64,000 nt of DNA from Planctomycetota bacterium. Its GTDB lineage: Bacteria; Planctomycetota; Phycisphaerae; UBA1845; Fen-1342. Every line of letters begins with the position of its first letter. Position 1 is the stretch's first letter. The notes beneath the pieces are model-generated. The model ran no database searches. It was not told the DNA's origin and saw only the letters and a program-made list of their open reading frames with translations. Positions 22,587 through 31,325 of the stretch are shown piece after piece. The DNA lies in the NCBI GenBank assembly GCA_045863555.1, contig BTUU01000003.1, forward strand, positions 34,476-98,475, in the 5' to 3' direction. The position numbers and the translations under genes were made by a program.

Positions 22587-23465
22587 GTGGAATCGTGGCT
22601 CGTGACCGGCGCTACAGGGCAGCTCGGAAGCGAACTGCTTCTTCTGCTCGGGCGCGATTCGCAGCCCAAGCGGATCTGTGCTGTCTCCCGCGGCCGCCCG
22701 ACCGCTCCGCCCGCCGCCGACGCCCGGTCCATTAACCTCGAAGATCACGCCGCCCTCGAAGCCTGCGTTCGCGAAATCCGCCCCACGCATCTGGTTCATG
22801 TCGGCGCGATGACTTCCGTCAATGACTGCTTCGCCGATCCCGATCGCGCCGCCGCCGTCAACACCGTGGCCACCGCGCGCCTCGCCCGCGCCGCGCTCGA
22901 TTGCAGCGCGCGGTTCGTCTTCACCTCCACCGATATGGTCTTCGATGGCGACGGCGCTCCCTACCGCGAGCACGATCCCACCGCTCCCCGAAGCGTCTAC
23001 GGCCGCACCAAAGTCGCCGCCGAGCACGAGGTTCTCGCCCACGACGGCACTCTCGTCGTGCGCCTGCCGCTCATGTACGGATTCCCCGCGAATAACCGCG
23101 AGACCACCTTCGTAAAGCAGGTGAAGGCGCTTCGCGAGCACGCCCAGCTCGATCTCTTCGTCGATGAGTTCCGCACGCCCATCGCCCTCCGGGATGCCGC
23201 CGCGGCTCTCATCGCACTCGCGCGCGGCGGCGACGTCGGCGTCATCCACGTGGCCGGCCCCGAGCGTCTCTCGCGGCTCCAGATGGTCGAGCGATTCGCG
23301 ATCGCCCTCGGCGTTTCCGCCGTCCACGCAAACCCGATCTCGAGACTCGCCGCCGCCGCGCCCGAGCCGCGCCCTGCCGATCTTTCGCTCGACGGCCGCC
23401 GTTTCGTCGAGCGCTATCCCGCGCTCGCACCCCGGCCGGTCATTGCCGCGCTGCTCGCCAGGTAG
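22587..23465 (+). CDS. rmlD: dTDP-4-dehydrorhamnose reductase (RmlD/RfbD-type short-chain reductase)
   Basis: LVTGATGQLG Rossmann motif and SVYGRTK (YxxxK) catalytic motif. Length and order of motifs are as in RmlD. GGAGG RBS 5 nt before the GTG. Confidence 0.8.
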   Translation: MESWLVTGATGQLGSELLLLLGRDSQPKRICAVSRGRPTAPPAADARSINLEDHAALEACVREIRPTHLVHVGAMTSVNDCFADPDRAAAVNTVATARLARAALDCSARFVFTSTDMVFDGDGAPYREHDPTAPRSVYGRTKVAAEHEVLAHDGTLVVRLPLMYGFPANNRETTFVKQVKALREHAQLDLFVDEFRTPIALRDAAAALIALARGGDVGVIHVAGPERLSRLQMVERFAIALGVSAVHANPISRLAAAAPEPRPADLSLDGRRFVERYPALAPRPVIAALLAR

Positions 23466-25792
23466 TCTGCGTGAAACTGGAGAAATCGCCGCGTGACGGC
23501 CGGATAGGAGTATCGTTCGATCACGCGCGCGCGCATCGCCTCGCGAATCCGCTTCCGCGCGGCCGCGTCACCCAGAAATCGCTCCGCCGCCGCGATGAAC
23601 GAGGGGCGGTCGTCGAAGACGATTTCGTCGAACCCGTCGAAGACTTCGGTCGGATAGTCCCAGGCCGGATTCGCTCGCAGGAATTCGTACGTTACCTGCG
23701 CCTCGGCCTCCGTTCGCCCGATCAGGCGTCCCACGTCGAGGAACCGCTCCCGCAGCGGCGCGACGCCGCGCGCCAGTACATCGGGCCCATTTTCCAGTCC
23801 CGCCGCGCGGATCTCCTGCCACAGCGGCCCGAGCCGCGCGTCGCGCCGGTCCGCGCGCGTCCGCCGCGTCAGGAAGAAGCCGCCGGCGCAGAGGCCATCC
23901 AGCGCACGCTGGTGGATAAATCCGCCCGGCATCAGTTGCAGGTTGATCGCCGACGCCCGGTAAATCGCCACGAGCGGCCGTCCGTTCTCCGCCGGTCCGG
24001 CCGCGAACCGGCTGAGCGTCGGGTGTCGGTCCCATCCATTTCCATAAATCCGCAGCGTTCGCCCCGTCGACTCCGCCCATTCCGCCGCCCAGCGCAGAGC
24101 TTCGTGTCGAAACGTCCGATCGCACAGCCGCCATACGTACCATCCGCGTATTCGATCCCGCACGCATGCATCGACGATCGTGACCCCGCAGCGCCGCTCG
24201 GCCGCCGAAAGAACGTCGTTCAGCATGCCGCCATCGGGCGCCGGCGCCGAGGGACGGCGCATCACCACTTCGAATACCGCGTCCATGACCCGGCCGAGCC
24301 CCGCATCACCGCAGCGCGCCCGTTCTTCCGCATGCAGTTCCGCGGGCGTCTGCGAGGCGTGACTCACAAATGACACGTCGCAGCGGTAGGGGGCCAGTTC
24401 CGCCTCCGTGATATCCTCCAGGCCGAATTCCTCCGGGTTCGTGGCGATCTGCGACCCGAGAAACTGCTCCGGCCGTCCCGCCCCCCGCGCGATCGGAAGC
24501 AGGTGCAGAATCCCCGTCACAACGTCAAGCGGCGACATCCGCCGGATGTTCTCGTCGCGAAAAATGTGCGGAAGGTCATCCTGGTCCCACGTCATTACCG
24601 GCAGGTGTGCCGGGACCGCCTCGCCAAAGCTCGTCCGCAGGTGATCGATCACGAAGAACAGATCCGGCCGGAATTCTCGAATCGCGTCGACGTACATCAT
24701 CGCGCCGATGCGATCATGGTCGGCGCGCTCCGTCAGCAGCCGCGTCGTGCAGCCGAGCTTTTCAAACGCGCCCAGCGCATCCCGCATCGAGTATTTCAGA
24801 AACGTCGTATGCCGGCTCACCGACGCGAGGATGCGCAGCGGCGGCCCTTTGCCCGCCAGCGCATCCGCAAAGCGCCGCGCCCACCATGACGCATCGCGCC
24901 CTGCATAGATCGCCTCGGCCGCCTCCCTGGCCGCGCAGAATTCCGTCCGCCGTCGCGACTCGATTCGCGAGATCAGCGCCTCCACCCCTTCGCCCAGGCC
25001 GCCCGGCCGACCCGGCAGCAGTCGCCGCGGAACGCCGAGCGACCAGTCGGTGGCGATCCGCTCTTCAAACCGCTGCCCGGCGTCGCGACCCACAAACAGG
25101 ACCACCGCCGGATCGCCGAGGCACGCCGACCAGTCGTGCAGGTGCAGCGCCAGCCCGATCCACTCCGGCGCGACTTCCACGATGTATAGCGCCGCGGAAA
25201 ACGAGTGAAACGTCCGCCGTGTCTCGCGCCATACGCGAAGCAGCAGGTGCCCCGATCCGATCCCCTCGAAGAGAAACGGCCCCGGCATCGTCTCCCGAAA
25301 ATCCTCCGGCAGTGCCGCCCTCGCCGCGGCCGCGCGGTGATCCTCGAAACGCCGGCCAAGCCAGGTGCCTCCGCCGTCCCGCCCCCGGATCCGCACATGT
25401 TCGACGCCGTGCGCGTCCACGAACAACTCGAATCGGTCCCGCGACTCGCGCCAGGCGCGGCGGATTGTCTCAATATCGACGCCACGCTCGCTCAGAACGC
25501 GCAGATTCGCCTCGAAGAGGCTGGCCCGCTTGCCCCACACCTGCCGACCCGACAGCCGCCGCGCGGCCGCCCGGAGAGAATCAGCTTCCGGCAGACCACC
25601 CGCTTCCCCGAGAAGGTCCGCCGCCGGTCCCCCGAGACCGAGCCGCAGATACGCCCGGACCGCATCGATTCGCACCCCAAAGTCGTTAGGTCGCAGCGAC
25701 AGCGCATCGAGTGCCTGGTTCAGGGCGTCATAGTCCGCAGAGCAGCGTTGCGGCGGCTTCGGTGGCGGGGGGGCGGTCGATGTCATGGTCAT
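23414..25792 (-). CDS. Large glycosyltransferase-like protein with CgeB/DUF3880-type C-terminal domain
   Basis: The C-terminal third (RIYGNGW...AINLQLMPGGFIHQRALDGLCAGGFFLTRRT...) resembles the CgeB/Glyco_trans_1_2 family. The N-terminal 450 aa have no assignable domain. Confidence 0.5.
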   Translation of the reverse strand: MTMTSTAPPPPKPPQRCSADYDALNQALDALSLRPNDFGVRIDAVRAYLRLGLGGPAADLLGEAGGLPEADSLRAAARRLSGRQVWGKRASLFEANLRVLSERGVDIETIRRAWRESRDRFELFVDAHGVEHVRIRGRDGGGTWLGRRFEDHRAAAARAALPEDFRETMPGPFLFEGIGSGHLLLRVWRETRRTFHSFSAALYIVEVAPEWIGLALHLHDWSACLGDPAVVLFVGRDAGQRFEERIATDWSLGVPRRLLPGRPGGLGEGVEALISRIESRRRTEFCAAREAAEAIYAGRDASWWARRFADALAGKGPPLRILASVSRHTTFLKYSMRDALGAFEKLGCTTRLLTERADHDRIGAMMYVDAIREFRPDLFFVIDHLRTSFGEAVPAHLPVMTWDQDDLPHIFRDENIRRMSPLDVVTGILHLLPIARGAGRPEQFLGSQIATNPEEFGLEDITEAELAPYRCDVSFVSHASQTPAELHAEERARCGDAGLGRVMDAVFEVVMRRPSAPAPDGGMLNDVLSAAERRCGVTIVDACVRDRIRGWYVWRLCDRTFRHEALRWAAEWAESTGRTLRIYGNGWDRHPTLSRFAAGPAENGRPLVAIYRASAINLQLMPGGFIHQRALDGLCAGGFFLTRRTRADRRDARLGPLWQEIRAAGLENGPDVLARGVAPLRERFLDVGRLIGRTEAEAQVTYEFLRANPAWDYPTEVFDGFDEIVFDDRPSFIAAAERFLGDAAARKRIREAMRARVIERYSYPAVTRRFLQFHADYLASSAAMTGRGASAG

Positions 25793-25916
25793 CAGCGCGC
25801 GAGTCTCCGGAGCAGGGTTCCCCTGAACTCGTTTCTATCGGCCATCCGGGCCGATAGAACGAAGGGGGCCGCTGCCTCGGCCGCACCGCCGCCGCGCGCC
25901 TGGACCGGAGACCTTC

Positions 25917-26732
25917 GTGCCGTCCACAGCCTCTCAGTCCGTCGTGAGCATCGTGATCGCCACCCACAATCGCCTCGCCCGCCTTCAGCGCTGCATCGCC
26001 AGGGTGCGCGAAAACGTCTCTCTCCCGGCCGAAATCATCATCGTCGGCGGAAGCGCGCCCGATGGCACCGCAGAATGGGTCCTGTCCCAGCCCGACCTGC
26101 GCCTCATTCGAGAAACGACGCGCGAAGGCGCGACCCGCGCCTACAACAAGGGCTTCCGCGCCGCGACCGCCGAATTCGTCATGTGGCTCAACGATGACAG
26201 CTATCCGCTGCCAGGCGCGGTCGAGGCCGCCATCGAGATGATTCGCGACCCCGCGCTCCCCGATCTCGGAATGGTCGCCTTCTATCACAACTTCGATCGA
26301 CGCTGGAATCGGCTGCACTCGGTCGAGCACGCCGGCGAAACCTACAGCATCTTCAACGTCCGCGGAGTCCCCTACGCGAATTTCGGCCTCCTCCGCCGCT
26401 CACTGCTTGCATCGCTCGGCCTTCTCGACGAACGCTACTACTTCTCCGCGTGGGATCCCGACCTGTCGCTGAAGGTGCAGCGCGAAGCCGGCCTCGCCGT
26501 CCTCGGCTGCCCCCGCGCGCTCGTCTATCACGAGGAACTCATCGACGACCGCAAGCAGGCCGATCTCCCCGCCCTCGCCCGCGATAATGACCTGCTGTTT
26601 GCGAAATGGAATCTGCCTGAGAAATTCACCTACGCAGATCCCGCGCCGGAGTATCAGCGAATGCTGCTCCGGCGCGGGATTTGCGCGATCCCGTCAGATT
26701 TGACGACCGATCACGCCCCCGCGATCGCCTGA
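25917..26732 (+). CDS. Glycosyltransferase family 2
   Basis: VSIVIATHNR, DxD-containing region LNDDSYP. Typical 270-aa GT2 A-fold. Confidence 0.8.
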   Translation: MPSTASQSVVSIVIATHNRLARLQRCIARVRENVSLPAEIIIVGGSAPDGTAEWVLSQPDLRLIRETTREGATRAYNKGFRAATAEFVMWLNDDSYPLPGAVEAAIEMIRDPALPDLGMVAFYHNFDRRWNRLHSVEHAGETYSIFNVRGVPYANFGLLRRSLLASLGLLDERYYFSAWDPDLSLKVQREAGLAVLGCPRALVYHEELIDDRKQADLPALARDNDLLFAKWNLPEKFTYADPAPEYQRMLLRRGICAIPSDLTTDHAPAIA

Positions 26733-27463
26733 TGTTCGACCGCTCCCGCGTCTTCGACCCGCCGCACCGGCCGGAGCTTCAACGCCTCCATCGGCGGCAG
26801 GTCGTCGAGATCGGCCAGCCCGAACAGGTCGAGGAACTTCTTCGTCGTGCCGTAGAGCATCGGCCGGCCGACCACGTCCGCGCGCCCGATGATCCGCACC
26901 AGCCCCAGGTCGCGCAGCTTGTTGAGCGAGTCGCCGCACGCGACGCCGCGGATCGATTCGATGTCCGCCCGGATGATCGGCTGCTTGTATGCAACGATCG
27001 CCAGCGTCTCCAGCGCCGCGTCGCTCAGCCGCGTCTCGCTTCGCTGTCGGTTGAGCTTCGCCAGCCACGGCCGATACTCGGGCAGCGTCATCATCTGGTA
27101 GCCCTTCGCGATCTCCTCGATCCGGAACGACATGCCCAGATCGCGATACTGGTCGTTCAGCGACGCGATCGCGAGCCGCACCTCCGTCTGTGTGCCGGCC
27201 CCGACCAGTTCCGCGAGTTTCGCCGCGCTCAGCGGCGCGTCAGCCGCGAACAGCAGCGCCTCGACCACGCGCATCGGGACACGCGAAGCCTCGCACGCGC
27301 CGCCCGTCGGCTCCTCGGCGACGCACAGCTCCACGGCGTCGAGCGCGGCCGGCGCTTCCTCGCAGCCATGCGGCACATCGCTCGTCGGGCAGTCCTCCGC
27401 GGGTGCTGCGTCGACCTCGGGCGCGGAGAGTTCGTAGCGGTCATCGGTGTGGAAGTCGTCCAT
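26711..27463 (-). CDS. scpB: Segregation and condensation protein B
   Basis: Two winged-helix repeats: VVEALLFAADAPLSAAKLAEL...  and ALETLAIVAYKQPIIRADIESIRGVACGDSLNKLRDLGLV. Confidence 0.85.
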   Translation of the reverse strand: MDDFHTDDRYELSAPEVDAAPAEDCPTSDVPHGCEEAPAALDAVELCVAEEPTGGACEASRVPMRVVEALLFAADAPLSAAKLAELVGAGTQTEVRLAIASLNDQYRDLGMSFRIEEIAKGYQMMTLPEYRPWLAKLNRQRSETRLSDAALETLAIVAYKQPIIRADIESIRGVACGDSLNKLRDLGLVRIIGRADVVGRPMLYGTTKKFLDLFGLADLDDLPPMEALKLRPVRRVEDAGAVEHQAIAGA

Positions 27464-27744
27464 GACTTGTGCTCCTGAATGTCGAAACCCACGCGCACCA
27501 TAGTCGCCTGACGGTCCGGCGTCCAGTCTTTTTTTCCATCCGGTGCCACAATCTGTTGGGCCCGCCTACACCCCGCCGACGAGATGGACCCTGTCAATCC
27601 CGCAGACGACATTCCGTCGGCTCCCGCCCGCCCGCCCGCACCAGCCCGCTTGCGACCGCGGCCGAATCGCGCAAGAATGCACGAACGAAAGCGACTCCCG
27701 CCCGCCGGTGCGGGACCACTCCTCACATTCAAGGTGAAATCGCC

Positions 27745-29157
27745 ATGCTCGAATTCGACAGCGCAAGCCGTCGCGCGTTCCTGAAATCGGCCGCCACGAC
27801 CGGCCTCGGCATGCTCGCCGCCTCCACGATCGCCGGCTGTGCCGCGGATGGTTCAGGCGCCGGCGCCGGCGACGAGAAGCAGCCCAAGCAGACGCCCGTC
27901 CCCGCGAAACGCGACAATTACTCCGATCTCCGCGTCGCCTACATCGGCACCGGCGGCATCGGCGGCTATCACCTCGACGAATCGACCGCCCTCGGCGTGA
28001 GCTGTCTCTGCTACTGCGATGTCGACACCACCCGCTTCAAGAAGGCCGCCGAGAAATTCCCGAACGCCAAGGGCTACCAGGACTACCGCGAGATGTTCGA
28101 CAAGGAGCACAAGAACATCGATGCCGTCATGGTCGGCACGCCTGATCATCACCACTACCCCGCGACTGTCATCGCCATGCTCCACGGCAAGCACGTCTAC
28201 ACCCAGAAGCCCCTGACCCACACGCCCTGGGAAGCCATGCAGCTCGCCAAGGCCGCGAGCAAGTACAAGCTCGCGACGCAGATGGGCAACCAGGGCCACG
28301 CCGGCGAGGGCATCCGCCTCGTGTACGAATGGGTCCGCTCCGGCGTCCTCGGCGACATCCTCGAAGCCCACACCTGGACCGACCGCCCGATCTGGCCGCA
28401 GGGCATCGACCGGCCGAAGGAGCAGGATGAGGTCCCGTCCAGCCTGAACTGGGACGCCTGGCTCGGCCCCGCTCCGGTGCGCCCCTATAAAAAGGACGTT
28501 TATCACGCCTTCGCCTGGCGCGGCTGGTGGGATTTCGGCGCGGGCGCACTCGGCGACATGGCCTGCCACACGATGGACTGCGTCTTCTGGGCGCTCGATC
28601 CCGGCCATCCGACGGCCGTCGAGCCGATTGCCGCCACGCCCGTGAACAACGAAACCTTCCCGAAGGCGTCGATCGTCAAGTGGGAGTTCCCGAAGAAGGG
28701 CAAGCGCAAGCCCTTCGTCGCCTACTGGTACGACGGCGGCCTGCTTCCGCGTCTGCCCTCGGGTCTCGAGATGGGCCGCGGCCTGCCCTCCACCGGCAAT
28801 CTCATCGTCGGCACGAAGGCCACGCTGCTCGTCTCCGGCGACTACGCCAACAGCCCGCGCATCATCCCCGAGACGGCCATGAAGCAGATCGGCAAGCCGC
28901 CGCAGCTCCTCGACCGTTCGCCCGGCCACGTGCTCGAATGGGTGATGGCCTGCGTCGGCGATGCCCCGGTCGACTTCCCGAAGTCGAATTTCCACTACGC
29001 CGGCCCGATGAGTTCAACCATCCTGCTCGGCAACGTCGCGCTCCGCCTCGGCCGCCGCCTCGAGTGGGACGGCGACGCGATGCGCGTGACGAACGTGGAC
29101 GAAGCGAACCAGTTCGTGAACAAGCCGTACCGCGAAGGCTGGAAGTTCGACATCTAG
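27745..29157 (+). CDS. Gfo/Idh/MocA-family oxidoreductase with twin-arginine (Tat) signal
   Basis: SRRAFLKSAATTGLGMLAA Tat motif. Rossmann LRVAYIGTGGIGGYH. The EKP-like conserved block TQKPLTHT. AAGGTGA RBS before the ATG at 27745. Confidence 0.8.
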   Translation: MLEFDSASRRAFLKSAATTGLGMLAASTIAGCAADGSGAGAGDEKQPKQTPVPAKRDNYSDLRVAYIGTGGIGGYHLDESTALGVSCLCYCDVDTTRFKKAAEKFPNAKGYQDYREMFDKEHKNIDAVMVGTPDHHHYPATVIAMLHGKHVYTQKPLTHTPWEAMQLAKAASKYKLATQMGNQGHAGEGIRLVYEWVRSGVLGDILEAHTWTDRPIWPQGIDRPKEQDEVPSSLNWDAWLGPAPVRPYKKDVYHAFAWRGWWDFGAGALGDMACHTMDCVFWALDPGHPTAVEPIAATPVNNETFPKASIVKWEFPKKGKRKPFVAYWYDGGLLPRLPSGLEMGRGLPSTGNLIVGTKATLLVSGDYANSPRIIPETAMKQIGKPPQLLDRSPGHVLEWVMACVGDAPVDFPKSNFHYAGPMSSTILLGNVALRLGRRLEWDGDAMRVTNVDEANQFVNKPYREGWKFDI

Positions 29158-29290
29158 CCGCCGTTTCTCCCTGACCTTTCCCCGGCGACCTCCGCAAGGG
29201 GGTCGCCGGCGTTCTTCGGCCGCGGCAATGGGCGCGAGCGTCCCAGGGGAAGGTGCGCAGCGGGCGTATACATTTGTGGTGCGCATCTTC

Positions 29291-29352
29291 CGGCTCGTGC
29301 GAGAATCCGGCTGCTGCGAGAATCCTGCTGGTGCGAGATTCCCATCTCGCAC
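29291..29352. repeat. Three tandem repeats (about 18 bp, core TGCGAGAATCC), the last embedded in an 8-4-8 palindrome TGCGAGATtcccATCTCGCA
   Basis: GtGCGAGAATCCGGCT / GCTGCGAGAATCCTGCT / GGTGCGAGATTCCCATCTCGCACC, read directly in the convergent intergenic region 29158-29667. Confidence 0.55.
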
Positions 29353-29465
29353 CTCCTCCCGCGGGAATCCCTTCCCGCCTCCCCAAGCCCCCGTTCCGAG
29401 CCCACCACGCCAGTGGTGGAGCAGGTCGCGCAGCGACCGGCCGAGGGCCCGCCGCCCGACATTGT

Positions 29466-29494
29466 CTTATACTTATTACCACATCAAATTGCAA
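29466..29494 (-). promoter_or_regulatory. Near-consensus sigma70-like promoter on the minus strand inside an AT-rich island
   Basis: Minus strand: TTGCAA, a 17-nt spacer, then TATAAG. Lies in an about 80-bp AT-rich stretch (29461-29540), which is exceptional in this GC-rich DNA. Would drive transcription toward 29458 and the repeats at 29291-29352. Confidence 0.3.
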
Positions 29495-29558
29495 CGTACT
29501 GATAAATTATATGAACAACCCGGCACACGAAGAAAAAAAAGTCTGGCCACCTTGGGCG
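29493..29558 (-). repeat. Copy 2 of the roughly 65-nt conserved intergenic module (T8 run plus conserved boxes), downstream of ispH
   Basis: Minus strand reads AAGGTGGCCAGAC, then TTTTTTTT, then CTTCGTGTGCCGGGTTGTTCATATAATTTATCAGTACGTT. Shares the AAGGTGGCCA, GTGCCGGGTTG and TCAGnACGTT boxes with 11278-11343. Confidence 0.5.
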
Positions 29559-29667
29559 CATTCGCTGGAAACGCGGTTCCGCACGCAACCAAAGAACATG
29601 AATCGAGATTCGCGCCAACCCCGCAGCCGTCGGCGGCCCGCCGTTCAGCCGGCGCCCGGCCGACCGC

Positions 29668-30619
29668 CTACCGGCCCGCCGGCCGGCCGGATTGCGTGAG
29701 GGGCGTGAAGCTGGGGAGATTGAAGACCACGTTTTCGTCCGGGGCGTCGATCTGCGACCACTGCGCCACGCCCGCCTTCTGAAGGGCCTCGACGACGCTC
29801 TGCACGACGTCCTCGGGCGCGCTGGCTCCGCTCGTGAGGCCGATGCGCTTGACGCCCGCGATCCACTCGGGGCGGATGTCGCCGGGGCCGTCGATGAGGT
29901 AGCTGGCCACGCCGCGCGAGCGCGCGACCTCGGTCAACCGCTGCGAGTTGGACGAGTTCTTCGACCCGACGACGAGCAGCAGGTCCAGATCGTCAGTCAT
30001 CTCCTTCACCGCGTTCTGCCGGTTCTGCGTCGCGTAGCAGATGTCGTCGCTGGACGGCAGTTCGAGTTGCGGAAAACGCTTCTGAAGCGCCGCGACGAGA
30101 TCGGCCGTGTCGTCCTGGCTGAGCGTCGTCTGCGTGAGGATGACGCCTTTCTCACCGGGCGCGAGCGTCAGCGCGGCGACGTCGGCGAGATCCTCGATGA
30201 GCACGGTGTGCTCCGGCGCTTGCCCCATCGTGCCGATGACCTCGTCATGGCCGGCGTGGCCGATGAAGATGATCCGGTAGCCGCGACCGACAAAGCGCTT
30301 GACCTCGCGGTGGACCTTTGTGACCAGCGGGCAGGTCGCGTCGATAAGCCGGAGGCTGCGCTCGCGGGCGGCGTCGTAGACCTCGGGCGGGGAGCCGTGG
30401 GCCGAGAGGATCGCGATCGCTCCGGGGGGGATCTCGTCGATCTCCTCGACGAATACCGCGCCCTGTTCACGCAGCCGGGCCACGACGTGCGAGTTATGGA
30501 CGATCTCCTTGCGCACGAAGACCGGTGCGCCGTACTCCTCCAGCGCCAGTTCGACGACGCGGATGGCCCGCTCGACGCCGGCACAGAAACCGCGGGGTTT
30601 GGCCAGGATTGCTTCCACT
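29668..30619 (-). CDS. ispH: 4-hydroxy-3-methylbut-2-enyl diphosphate reductase (IspH/LytB)
   Basis: LAKPRGFCAGVERAI (Cys1), IVHNSHVV, ATCPLVTKVH (Cys2), TTLSQDDT, and ATQNRQ...SKNSSNSQRL (Cys3 region). Proposed GTG start at 30619 with an AAGAAAGG RBS gives about 317 aa, typical for IspH. Alternative ATG at 30690. Confidence 0.85.
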
Positions 30620-30896
30620 ACGCAGCCTTTCTTGCGAGGTTGGGCGGGATTCCCGTCCCGCCGCGGCCCATCAGGGGATGATACTGGCATTGGCGACGCC
30701 GCGTTCGGCCGGCGCGGCGAAAAGGGCTGAATCGGGCTCGGGGGGCGGGTTTCGTGGATCGCCACGCGGGTTTGACGCCCGGCAGGGGGCGAGGTCGGCG
30801 GAGTTCGGGCGTTGGGGCCGTTTTGCCGCGCCCGACTTGCCCGCAGACGCCGGACGGGGCTACGCTTTTAAGGGTCCTGGGCTGAAGGAGACGTCC

Positions 30897-31256
30897 ATGC
30901 CGCTCGAAGTTGTGAATACGTCGATGCTCCAATGCACCTGCGGCGATGCGCCGACGCCGCTGACGGTTACGAGCCAGACGGCGTGCAAGATCGACAACCA
31001 GCTCGCCGGCACGATCATGGACCATGTCCCCACGACGAACATCGCGCCGTTCGGAACCTGCAAGACGCTGACCGCGTCCGCCAGCGGCGTTCCGACCCCG
31101 TGTGTGCCCGCGACGGTCGCTCCGTGGGCGCCGGGCTCGGCGACGGTGAAGATCGGCGGGTTCCCGGCCCTGCTGCAGACTGACAAGCTCGCCTGCACGG
31201 TGGGGGGGATGATCAGCGTCCAGCAGCCCGGCGAACAGACCACCCAGGTCGGCTAG
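30897..31256 (+). CDS. DUF4280 (PAAR-like) domain protein
   Basis: 119 aa. MPLEVVNTSMLQCTCGDAPTPLTV...IMDHVPTTNIAPFGTCKT...PCVP...PWAPGS...KIGGFPALLQTDKLACTVGGMISVQQPGE matches the conserved Cys/Pro pattern of DUF4280. GAAGGAG RBS. Confidence 0.8.
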   Translation: MPLEVVNTSMLQCTCGDAPTPLTVTSQTACKIDNQLAGTIMDHVPTTNIAPFGTCKTLTASASGVPTPCVPATVAPWAPGSATVKIGGFPALLQTDKLACTVGGMISVQQPGEQTTQVG

Positions 31257-31325
31257 CTGCCGGAATGCAGTGCAATGTCTCACCGGCGGTCGGCGCGCGC
31301 CGACCCGCGGTGTTCGCGCGGCGAG

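Noticed and set aside
29154-29462. 102-aa minus-strand ORF beginning exactly at the predicted TSS of the AT-island promoter.
   Set aside because: Gly/Arg/Ser-rich composition with no RBS. The locus is kept as a possible non-coding RNA instead.
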